The notes under the pieces: model-generated | What the model was told of the DNA's origin: nothing | Seen by the model: the letters and a program-made list of their open reading frames with translations, nothing else | The model's database searches: none | IMG/VR virus record: IMGVR_UViG_3300025621_000007 | Location: 1-60,387 of that record | From: a virus | Lineage: Duplodnaviria; Caudoviricetes | DNA length: 60,387 nucleotides | Reading direction: 5' to 3' (one strand) | Position numbers and translations under genes: made by a program | Shown: piece by piece, positions 1 to 7,000 of the stretch | How the letters are laid out: every line of letters begins with the position of its first letter | How positions within the stretch are numbered: the first letter of the stretch is position 1

Positions 1-35
1 ATGGCAAGCGCTTCATCGCTCTTACCTAGGAAAAT

Positions 36-63
36 ATATTACCAGAAAAGGCGATTTTTGCAA
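36..63 (-). promoter_or_regulatory. Putative sigma70-like leftward promoter (TTGCAA-16-TAATAT, TG extended -10)
   Basis: Reverse complement reads cgcTTGCAAaaatcgccttttctggTAATAT; it points off the left end, towards the minus-strand genes at the right end if the genome is circular. Confidence 0.45.
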
Positions 64-210
64 GCGAATAAAGGAGCTCATTTCCCTATATACCACAAGG
101 GCTATCGGGCTCTCTAACGGATTAAACCCCTTGCCCAGTTGCTATTTGTCAGGGGCTCAAACGGGGGGGGACGTCCATACCTATTTATGTTTAATACTTT
201 TAAACACCAG

Positions 211-258
211 GCCGCCGGCAGGACCGCCAAGGACCGCCAAGGTCCGCCGGGTCCGCCG
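211..258 (+). repeat. Roughly 10-bp-phased GG(A/T)CCGCC tandem repeats (about 5 units)
   Basis: gccgccggca ggaccgccaa ggaccgccaa ggtccgccgg gtccgcc. Confidence 0.8.
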
Positions 259-265
259 ATTCGGG

Positions 266-291
266 GTGACAGTGATAGCGCGGATCACTTT
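266..291 (+). repeat. 26-bp element GTGACAGTGATAGCGCGGATCACTTT; exact inverted copy at 58338-58363
   Basis: Direct sequence comparison; internal dyad AGTGAT-N7-ATCACT. Confidence 0.9.
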
Positions 292-313
292 CTGAGTTTT
301 AGCGCCGCCTGGT

Positions 314-329
314 GTGACACGCAAGTCAC
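314..329. promoter_or_regulatory. Palindromic operator GTGAC-N6-GTCAC, copy 1 of 5
   Basis: GTGAC ACGCAA GTCAC; related copies at 14046, 30761, 38869, 57465. Confidence 0.65.
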
Positions 330-335
330 AGGAAT

Positions 336-343
336 AGTTGACA
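336..343 (+). promoter_or_regulatory. RGTTGACA candidate late-promoter element, 14 nt before ATG 358
   Basis: Same element precedes starts at 3560, 10163, 17492, 19748, 20722, 38910, 42079. Confidence 0.5.
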
Positions 344-357
344 TCACGGCTGTTGTT

Positions 358-498
358 ATGGCATCACTTAAGAAAAGACGTCCTGGATTGAAAGGCGGCG
401 GAAAAGCTACAGCAAAATCAACAAAGAAGGGCTCTGGCTCCCTCAAGAAAGCGGGAGGCGTAAAGGCTGCTGCTGGTAGCCGTAGCGGCACAGGTTAA
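358..498 (+). CDS. Small Lys/Gly-rich basic peptide (46 aa, MASLKKRRPGLKGGGK...GSRSGTG)
   Basis: ATG at 358 within ORF 139..498; the upstream part of that ORF covers repeats and operators; first gene of the PP-loop/ParB operon. Confidence 0.65.
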   Translation: MASLKKRRPGLKGGGKATAKSTKKGSGSLKKAGGVKAAAGSRSGTG

Positions 499-541
499 TT
501 AAACCTTGATCTTTGGTTGACGATTGTGTTTTATTTCAGGC

Positions 542-1255
542 ATGAAGCTCTGGAATGACACCATCAAGCAGCTTGAAAATTGGGCTGGGGAATCCCCCTC
601 AGTCCTCGTTGCGTTTTCAGGGGGCAAGGATTCCCTCTGCGTGCTCGATCTTTGCTGTCGTTCCTTTAAAGAGGTCCAGGGGGCATTCATGTATTTTGTC
701 CCGGGCCTCCAAATTATGGAGGATCGCATCAAGGCCGCCGAAGATCGGTGGCAAATACCTATCTTCCAGGTCCCTCACTTTAGTTTTATCGACTATCTTC
801 GCGATGGGGCCTACTGTGATACGACCCCCGAAATCCAGCAGTTTTCTAAGTTCACGGTCAAGGACGTCTACGCGTGGCAGCTCCAAATGACGGGCATCAA
901 GTATCTCGCTACCGGGGCGCGTTCAGCGGATGGCATTCAAAGACGTCAGTTTTTCGAGAACGTAGACCGCCAAGCAAAAAAGGGCGACCCTGTGTGGGAG
1001 TCCCTGATTTACCCCATTCAAAAGTGGAAAAAGCGTGATGTCATTTCTTATTTGAAAACTCACAAAATAGAGGTCCCGTCGCTAAACCCAAACACGACGA
1101 CGTCTGGGGTCGGTTGTGATCCTGACTTTATTCTTTGGCTGAAAGAGGCCTATCCAGCGGATTACCAGAGGATGCTGGCTTGGTTCCCGTATCTAGGGGC
1201 CATCAGCGCTCGCAAGAAGTTCTTCGATATCCCAAACACTCTATCTAAAGCATGA
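542..1255 (+). CDS. PAPS-reductase-family (PP-loop) protein
   Basis: VLVAFSGGKDS PP-loop, G-x-R-x-x-D...RR, YPIxxW motifs; ATG at 542. Confidence 0.85.
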   Translation: MKLWNDTIKQLENWAGESPSVLVAFSGGKDSLCVLDLCCRSFKEVQGAFMYFVPGLQIMEDRIKAAEDRWQIPIFQVPHFSFIDYLRDGAYCDTTPEIQQFSKFTVKDVYAWQLQMTGIKYLATGARSADGIQRRQFFENVDRQAKKGDPVWESLIYPIQKWKKRDVISYLKTHKIEVPSLNPNTTTSGVGCDPDFILWLKEAYPADYQRMLAWFPYLGAISARKKFFDIPNTLSKA

Positions 1256-1452
1256 AATACGGAATTTATTCTTACGAACAGGGATATTGGTCTAGCTGCG
1301 GCTGGTCAATGAATCCAGCGAGCGCTCAGTGGATGCGAAAGGCCGAAGCTGAGCTAAAACTAGAGCAAATGAGAGCTGACGGGCACTTCGTGAGCATTCA
1401 TGAGAAATCAAAGTCTTTGCACGGGGTCTCAGGAGTAAAAAGCCAAGTATGA
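1252..1452 (+). CDS. Hypothetical protein
   Basis: ATGA-coupled to upstream and downstream ORFs. Confidence 0.6.
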   Translation: MKYGIYSYEQGYWSSCGWSMNPASAQWMRKAEAELKLEQMRADGHFVSIHEKSKSLHGVSGVKSQV

Positions 1453-1571
1453 AAGAGCTGCTAATCCTAGGAGGCGTTTGTTTGGCTTGTTTTTGGTCTG
1501 TTAGCGTCGTTGTATTTTGCGCTTCCCTGGTCAAAGATTTGCTGGAAGACATGAACGAGAACAATCACTAA
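1449..1571 (+). CDS. Small membrane protein (40 aa, MKELLILGGVCLACFWSVSVVVFCASLVKD...)
   Basis: Read from sequence (below ORF-track cutoff); ATGA overlap; one hydrophobic helix; fills gap before ParB. Confidence 0.55.
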   Translation: MKELLILGGVCLACFWSVSVVVFCASLVKDLLEDMNENNH

Positions 1572-1575
1572 AATT

Positions 1576-2301
1576 ATGAGCAAAAAATCGAAAATATCCA
1601 AATACGAGAAGTTCGTTATCAAAGAAGTCCCTCGAGGTAAGCTTAAGGGGGCCCCGTATAACCCTAGAATCATAGATGACAAAGCCAAGGCTAAGCTTCG
1701 GGCAGGACTCGAGGCAAAAGGACTCGTAGAGCCTATTGTTTGGAACACCCGGTCTGGATATATTGTCGGAGGGCATCAGCGAATCAGCCAGCTTGACGTT
1801 CTTGAGGGCAATCCGGACTACTCGCTTACTGTCGCAGTTATTGATGTCGATGATGCTGAGGAAAAAGAGCTTAACGTCCTTCTCAACAACCCTTCGGCCC
1901 AGGGAGACTGGGATTTTGAGAAGTTAAAGGAAATTTTCGAGGACGATGATGTCTCTGTCGAAGGGACCGGCTTTGATATGGCAGAGGTTTATCAGCTTTT
2001 CGGAAATGACCCAACTGCCGCCCCTTCAAAAGTCTTGGGCGAGCTAAATAAACAGCTTGAAGAAGCCAAGGATTTGATCTCCAAAATGGATCGTGAAGCA
2101 GCAGACACTGACGACGAGGATTACTATTCTGTCATTGTCTTTAAAAACCACGAGCAACGAAAGAATTTTACAGACTCGCTCGGTCTTGAGGATAACTGCT
2201 ATATAGACGGCAGTTGGCTGGACAATTATGTCTTTGAAGACAACGAAGACGTTCGGAAAGAGGGACCGGAAAAAGAGAATAAGGAGGCAACGTCAGAATG
2301 A
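1576..2301 (+). CDS. ParB/Srx N-terminal-domain protein (phage DNA-modification-associated type)
   Basis: YNPR, GLVEPIVWN, IVGGHQR, EKELNVLLNN...GDWD motifs; no HTH recognised. Confidence 0.88.
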   Translation: MSKKSKISKYEKFVIKEVPRGKLKGAPYNPRIIDDKAKAKLRAGLEAKGLVEPIVWNTRSGYIVGGHQRISQLDVLEGNPDYSLTVAVIDVDDAEEKELNVLLNNPSAQGDWDFEKLKEIFEDDDVSVEGTGFDMAEVYQLFGNDPTAAPSKVLGELNKQLEEAKDLISKMDREAADTDDEDYYSVIVFKNHEQRKNFTDSLGLEDNCYIDGSWLDNYVFEDNEDVRKEGPEKENKEATSE

Positions 2302-2585
2302 GCTACTCTACTTTATTTTGGTGGTCTGAGGTTGGGCTGCTTGTTTTTCTTTTTGCAGCTTACCTTTGGCCTCAGAAACGGGAGGCTTGGCTGCTAGTTC
2401 CACTAGTTTTGTGCGGACCTTCGGTTTGGATAGTTTGGCTTTTTCTTTCAATTTCGTGGTATCGAAGTAGAATACTCCAGGCTTGCCCACCAGATCAAAG
2501 CGCTTCTTCTCAGGGAGAAGCTTTGGCTCCTCAAGAACAAACCCCTTTGGACCCCCAAACCAAGGACTCGGAGACTCCTCAATAA
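2298..2585 (+). CDS. Possible two-TM membrane protein, antisense to the ASCH gene
   Basis: ATGA-coupled to ParB stop; two Trp/Leu-rich helices; overlaps 2308..2826(-). Confidence 0.35.
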   Translation: MSYSTLFWWSEVGLLVFLFAAYLWPQKREAWLLVPLVLCGPSVWIVWLFLSISWYRSRILQACPPDQSASSQGEALAPQEQTPLDPQTKDSETPQ

Positions 2586-2826
2586 TGTCAGTCAAAACCG
2601 CAGACCCAATGACTCGTCCAGTCTCCATCTCTTCAAGTGGCACAACAATCCCATACTCCTCCCGAACCCAGCGAATATCCTCAAACAAGTTGCGGACGTC
2701 TTTAGATGTATGAACCAAGAACTTTCCACGGTATTTCATCGACCAAGTTCGGTTCTCGATCGGCTTATGGCCGGCGCAAATAAGCCAAGCCCACGGTTGT
2801 TTTATACTTAGTACTGGAATTTTCAA
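2308..2826 (-). CDS. ASCH domain protein
   Basis: LSIKQPWAWLICAGHKPIENRTW...YRG...VH; WFGGPKGFVL; GKPGVF. Confidence 0.88.
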   Translation of the reverse strand: MKIPVLSIKQPWAWLICAGHKPIENRTWSMKYRGKFLVHTSKDVRNLFEDIRWVREEYGIVVPLEEMETGRVIGSAVLTDIIEESPSPWFGGPKGFVLEEPKLLPEKKRFDLVGKPGVFYFDTTKLKEKAKLSKPKVRTKLVELAAKPPVSEAKGKLQKEKQAAQPQTTKIK

Positions 2827-2840
2827 AGCAAATCGATTCT

Positions 2841-3563
2841 ATGGCAAAGAAAAGGAACGTCAACCCAGAAGGTGAGCAAAAGAAGCTGCTCAATCAGGCT
2901 CATAATACATGGGCCGTAAACGTGCTTAAACGCGTCAAAGAGGGCTCAAAAGTGACAGCCAAAGACATCGAAAGGGCGACTGATATCCTCGGCGCGGGCA
3001 TGGATAGCGGAGATGAGGAAAACGATAAAATAGCCTCAAAAGCAGTAGATAGTCTTCCTCGATTTGCGAAAAACCAAACTGAGTTGGCTGGGCTGCTTAA
3101 GATCGAACGTAAAACGATTCAGAGATGGCGGAAAGAACCGCATTTTCCAAAGCCAGCTCCAAATGGCACTTGGGATGCTCATGCTGTTCGCGATTGGGCT
3201 TTGTCTCGAGGGAAGAAGACGGAGACAGGGGAAACCCAAGAAGAGGACAAATATAACCTCGAGGTCAGGAGATTGAAAGCTATCTGCGAACGTCTGGAAC
3301 TCGGCCTTGAAGTAGAGCGTGGCGATTATATCTCTAAAGACGATGTTTATCGACAAGTCGCGACAATGCTTGTTTCTGTAAAGTCCCAGCTCCTCCGCAT
3401 CCCCTCCATGCTGGCCCCACAGCTCGTCGCTATCGAAAGCCCCATAGAAATGCAGCAAAGGCTGCGCGAATCTGTTGATGAGGCCATGAGGGCTCTTTAT
3501 GAAGACCCTTGGATGGAGGAAGCGATTGCAGGCTCAGTTGACAAGGGGATTGATGACGTATGA
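2841..3563 (+). CDS. terS: Terminase small subunit (Nu1-like)
   Basis: wHTH (NQTELAGLLKIERKTIQRWRK..FP), coiled coil, RGDYI..DV...QLLRIPSMLAPQL; upstream of GpA-type TerL. Confidence 0.8.
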   Translation: MAKKRNVNPEGEQKKLLNQAHNTWAVNVLKRVKEGSKVTAKDIERATDILGAGMDSGDEENDKIASKAVDSLPRFAKNQTELAGLLKIERKTIQRWRKEPHFPKPAPNGTWDAHAVRDWALSRGKKTETGETQEEDKYNLEVRRLKAICERLELGLEVERGDYISKDDVYRQVATMLVSVKSQLLRIPSMLAPQLVAIESPIEMQQRLRESVDEAMRALYEDPWMEEAIAGSVDKGIDDV

Positions 3564-3853
3564 AAAGAATTCGTATCACTCAAAATCGAAGCGACATAGC
3601 CGTTTCACTCCGAAAAGCAGTCTTAGATACCGGAGCTTCTGTCTCAGAGCTCATTCGTGACCTTGATGACACCCCAAGCCCTGTAACAGACGCTTTTGTT
3701 TTTGTCACCGACGCTGATAACGTAGAGATCCCAGCTGGCGTTATAGGCATAGTCACAGTTCGTGAAGCTCGCGATACTGACCCAAATCCTAGTGAAAAAG
3801 GAAAGGCGAAAGCAAGCCCCTCAAAAAAAGCAGCTAAGAAGAAAGCTAAATAG
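3560..3853 (+). CDS. Hypothetical protein with Lys/Ala-rich tail
   Basis: ORF; ends SKKAAKKKAK; preceded by AGTTGACA. Confidence 0.7.
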   Translation: MKRIRITQNRSDIAVSLRKAVLDTGASVSELIRDLDDTPSPVTDAFVFVTDADNVEIPAGVIGIVTVREARDTDPNPSEKGKAKASPSKKAAKKKAK

Positions 3854-3858
3854 TCCTG

Positions 3859-4155
3859 ATGAATATCAAAGGTGGCGCTAAAATAACGCGAGCCCTGGGA
3901 TCAGCAACCGATCTTCGGCGGCTGAAAGAATTGGGGCGAAAGGGAAAAAAGAAAAAGCGATTCGACCCCTTTCGTCGTGCAAAAACACGGCTCAAGAAGG
4001 AGAAACGCAGGCTCGTTTATCGATCAGCCCTGCTTGGAGGAGTTGCTGGCGGCGTTGCTGGTGGAGCTACTGGATACGCTATGGAGAGCTTGCTTGAGGA
4101 TATCAACGAGTTTGGTATCTCAGCAGCCCGCAGATTACGTCACCTTAAGAAATGA
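3859..4155 (+). CDS. Basic glycine-zipper protein (candidate internal head protein family)
   Basis: K/R-rich, ALLGGVAGGVAGGATGYA, LLEDINEFG motif. Confidence 0.6.
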   Translation: MNIKGGAKITRALGSATDLRRLKELGRKGKKKKRFDPFRRAKTRLKKEKRRLVYRSALLGGVAGGVAGGATGYAMESLLEDINEFGISAARRLRHLKK

Positions 4156-4397
4156 GCCAAGACAAATACGCATACGGAGGCAAAGCCGACCCGAGTGGGT
4201 TTCGTCAGGCAGCTTGGGCCAATCTTGGCTTCACAGGCGAACCGACTACCGTTGAGTATGGCGCGGATGGTCGCTTCACTTTAGTTCACAATCCTATCCC
4301 CGTCGTTCTTGAAACAACTCAGTATCTCAGCCCTACCGGATTTAGTTACCTTCAGCCAGGCGGAACAGCTCACGATAAATACATCCATTCACACTAA
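4152..4397 (+). CDS. Hypothetical (probably virion-associated) protein
   Basis: ATGA-coupled ORF ahead of fibre-like gene. Confidence 0.6.
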   Translation: MSQDKYAYGGKADPSGFRQAAWANLGFTGEPTTVEYGADGRFTLVHNPIPVVLETTQYLSPTGFSYLQPGGTAHDKYIHSH

Positions 4398-4403
4398 AAT
4401 ATC

Positions 4404-5828
4404 ATGCCAAACGTAACCGTAACCACAGACGTAGACAACCTTTTAAAGAGTGCTGACAATGCAGCAGCAAGGACGAGCCTAGGCTTGGGCACAGCAGCCG
4501 AAGCCGCAACGGGGGACTTTGCAACGGCAGCCGAAGGAATCTTAGCTGGCACAGCTTTGCAAGACGCATCTGCATTTGCCACAGCAGCCGAAGGAATATT
4601 AGCTGGCACAGCTTTGCAACCAGCAGACCCGACTCTCGATTCAGTCACAACTAACGGAGCAACCACTAATAATGATGTTAATTTGGGCAGGATTACCACT
4701 GATAACAACACAGCCACAGGAACAAACGCAATAGCCATTGGAGGAACAAACAACTCCGCAAGCAATAACTCTTGTGAGGTGTTGGGTGGAGACGGATCAA
4801 CAGCCAGCGGTCAAGGTTCTACAGTTGTAGGAGGTAATAATCACCAAAACTCTGGCAACTGGTCAGCTACTTTGGGTGGACTAAACCACACTGTTACAAG
4901 TGTGCGTGGAAATATTCTTGGCGGTGCAAACAATACACTTCAACATAATGATAGTTGCATAGTAGGGTGTAATGGTAAAACATCAGTTGCGACATCCACT
5001 TTGCACACAGAAAACCTGCACCTGTTTGACGGCTTCACAATGCCAACAGGCGCAACTGATACCTACGTTCTTACTACTGATGCAACTGGTGTAGGCACAT
5101 GGCAAGCTGCTGGCGGTGGTGGTGGAGGAACAGTGCAGGGAACTGACTCAACCTATCAAATCGAAGCTGCGGCTGCTGATAATCTGGTAACACCAAATGC
5201 CAATGGAACTTACTCAGTAAACTTACAAACTAAAACTACAACAGCTACACAGGTAGCTAGTGGGACTGAATCTGTAATATCTGGAGGGGCGAACAATACA
5301 GCTAGTGGGACTCGATCTGTAATATCTGGAGGGTTGGGCAACACAGCATCTAATTACTGGGGCGTAGTCGGTGGTGGGATGGGCAATAATTGCACATCAT
5401 CTGAAGGCACAATCAGTGGTGGATACGGGAACACGGCAAGTGGTATTGGTGGCTCTTCTACAGTTGTGGGAGGATGGCAATGCACAGCTTCTGGTAGTTA
5501 TGGAGATATTTGTGGGGGCTTCCAATCTACGTCATCTGGATACTCTTCTGTAGCATTTGGTGATACTGGACAAGCTCAAGGTAATTTTAGCGTTGTTTCT
5601 GGAGGTCGGAACAACACAGCATCTGGCACTTACAGCGCAGTTCTTGGTGGTGCAAGCAACGACACGAACAGTCAATCAAAGGCAATGATCGTTGGCAGTG
5701 ACATCACAGCAGACAGAACTAACTGCACATTTGTAAACAACCTGTCTATCAAGTCTATTCCAACGTCAGCTACTGGACTCCCTGCTGGGTCTGTCTGGAA
5801 CAATGGTGGGGTGTTGAATATCGTTTAA
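4404..5828 (+). CDS. Fibre/adhesin-like protein with GGxxNxAxGxxS beta-roll repeats
   Basis: Many SGGxxNTASG repeats; ARTSLGLGTAA N-terminus; 19-aa tandem duplication; C-terminal LPAGSVWNNGGVLNIV. Confidence 0.75.
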   Translation: MPNVTVTTDVDNLLKSADNAAARTSLGLGTAAEAATGDFATAAEGILAGTALQDASAFATAAEGILAGTALQPADPTLDSVTTNGATTNNDVNLGRITTDNNTATGTNAIAIGGTNNSASNNSCEVLGGDGSTASGQGSTVVGGNNHQNSGNWSATLGGLNHTVTSVRGNILGGANNTLQHNDSCIVGCNGKTSVATSTLHTENLHLFDGFTMPTGATDTYVLTTDATGVGTWQAAGGGGGGTVQGTDSTYQIEAAAADNLVTPNANGTYSVNLQTKTTTATQVASGTESVISGGANNTASGTRSVISGGLGNTASNYWGVVGGGMGNNCTSSEGTISGGYGNTASGIGGSSTVVGGWQCTASGSYGDICGGFQSTSSGYSSVAFGDTGQAQGNFSVVSGGRNNTASGTYSAVLGGASNDTNSQSKAMIVGSDITADRTNCTFVNNLSIKSIPTSATGLPAGSVWNNGGVLNIV

Positions 5829-6637
5829 TGGAGAAACAAATCCATTTCGTCTGCGGATTGCCAAGGAGCGGGTCAACCCTCCTTTGCAACCTATTAGCGC
5901 AGCACCCAGACGTTCACGCAACACCTACCAGTGCGTGTCACGAATCATTGTTCGTGCTACGCAATTCATGGAACCAGTGGCTGGAACACAAAGCAGCTAA
6001 AGACTTAGCAGATGATAAGAACCTACAGCGTGTGCTACACGCCATGATTCACGCATACCACGATACCGATAAGCCTGTGGTTATAGATAAGGGCAGGGGT
6101 TGGACTAGCCTACTGGAACTGGCTGAGTTTGCATTAGGCAAGAAAGCAAAGGTGCTTGTTCCTGTTCGCAACATTAGCCAGATTGTAGCGAGCATGGAGA
6201 AGCTACATCGAAAGTCTGCACACAACATGCAGGATCGTGGGGACTATATAAATGCCCAAACAGTAAAGGGGCGTGCAAATGAAGTATTGTCCAAAGATGG
6301 AGTGCTTGGTTTAGCTTACAACAGGCTTCAAGACGTAGCTCAACGAGGGTTGTCTGACCGTTTGCTACTGGTTGAGTTCGATGCACTCACCCACCGCCCA
6401 CAAGAAATCATGGCTGATGTGTGGTCTTTTCTAGAAATGGAAGCACCCGAACACAATTTCGACAACGTGGAGCAAGTGACCTATGAAGACGACTCCGTTC
6501 ATGGTCTTGACTTACACAGTATTCGGGCTGCAATAGCCCCCGTGGAAGACGACTCCACAAAAATTCTCGGCACGGAATTGTGCCAGACATTAGCGGGTGC
6601 TGAATTTTGGCGACCCACTACACCAAGTAACCAATAA
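5828..6637 (+). CDS. Sulfotransferase-family protein
   Basis: FVCGLPRSGSTLL 5'-PSB loop, VIDKGR, VRN...VAS 3'-PB motif, VEFDAL..P. Confidence 0.85.
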   Translation: MEKQIHFVCGLPRSGSTLLCNLLAQHPDVHATPTSACHESLFVLRNSWNQWLEHKAAKDLADDKNLQRVLHAMIHAYHDTDKPVVIDKGRGWTSLLELAEFALGKKAKVLVPVRNISQIVASMEKLHRKSAHNMQDRGDYINAQTVKGRANEVLSKDGVLGLAYNRLQDVAQRGLSDRLLLVEFDALTHRPQEIMADVWSFLEMEAPEHNFDNVEQVTYEDDSVHGLDLHSIRAAIAPVEDDSTKILGTELCQTLAGAEFWRPTTPSNQ

Positions 6638-6660
6638 CAACCAAACCAAACTACAATAAC

Positions 6661-6993
6661 ATGAGTGTATTAAACCAAACCCAAGTGCCGATAGCTCCCG
6701 AAGTGAGAGCTGCTAAGCAAGTCAAACGAGCCACTTCACAAATGGCATTTCAATTAATCCAATCGTGGAACCACGGCTGGGATCTGATCTGGTCAGCCGA
6801 CGACCCTGCTGCCGTATTGGCAGAACTAGGAACTGATGCTGGAGAGATCTTCCAGCTTAATGAGGACATCATTGTATATCTGAACACGACCCTCGCTGGC
6901 CGTAAGCAAGATGACCTTGATGCAATCAATGCCAAAGTAGCAGCTAAGCCAGTGACTACTACAGCCGCTGATGGCTCGGTAACTATCGACTAG
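6661..6993 (+). CDS. Hypothetical protein
   Basis: ORF with A/C-rich leader. Confidence 0.7.
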   Translation: MSVLNQTQVPIAPEVRAAKQVKRATSQMAFQLIQSWNHGWDLIWSADDPAAVLAELGTDAGEIFQLNEDIIVYLNTTLAGRKQDDLDAINAKVAAKPVTTTAADGSVTID

Positions 6994-7000
6994 CCTCTTC

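Noticed and set aside
313-330. CRP/FNR box
   Set aside because: TGTGA and TCACA are separated by 8 nt rather than 6; matches the phage GTGAC-N6-GTCAC family instead
139-357. N-terminal extension of ORF 139..498
   Set aside because: Runs through repeats and operator sites; ATG 358 after the RGTTGACA element is more plausible
542-1255. cysH auxiliary sulfur-assimilation gene
   Set aside because: No C-terminal ECGLH motif; ParB/terminase context fits modification-type PP-loop proteins better
1576-2301. ParB as a partition protein binding the parS-like site
   Set aside because: No HTH or dimerisation domain recognised and no ParA in the window
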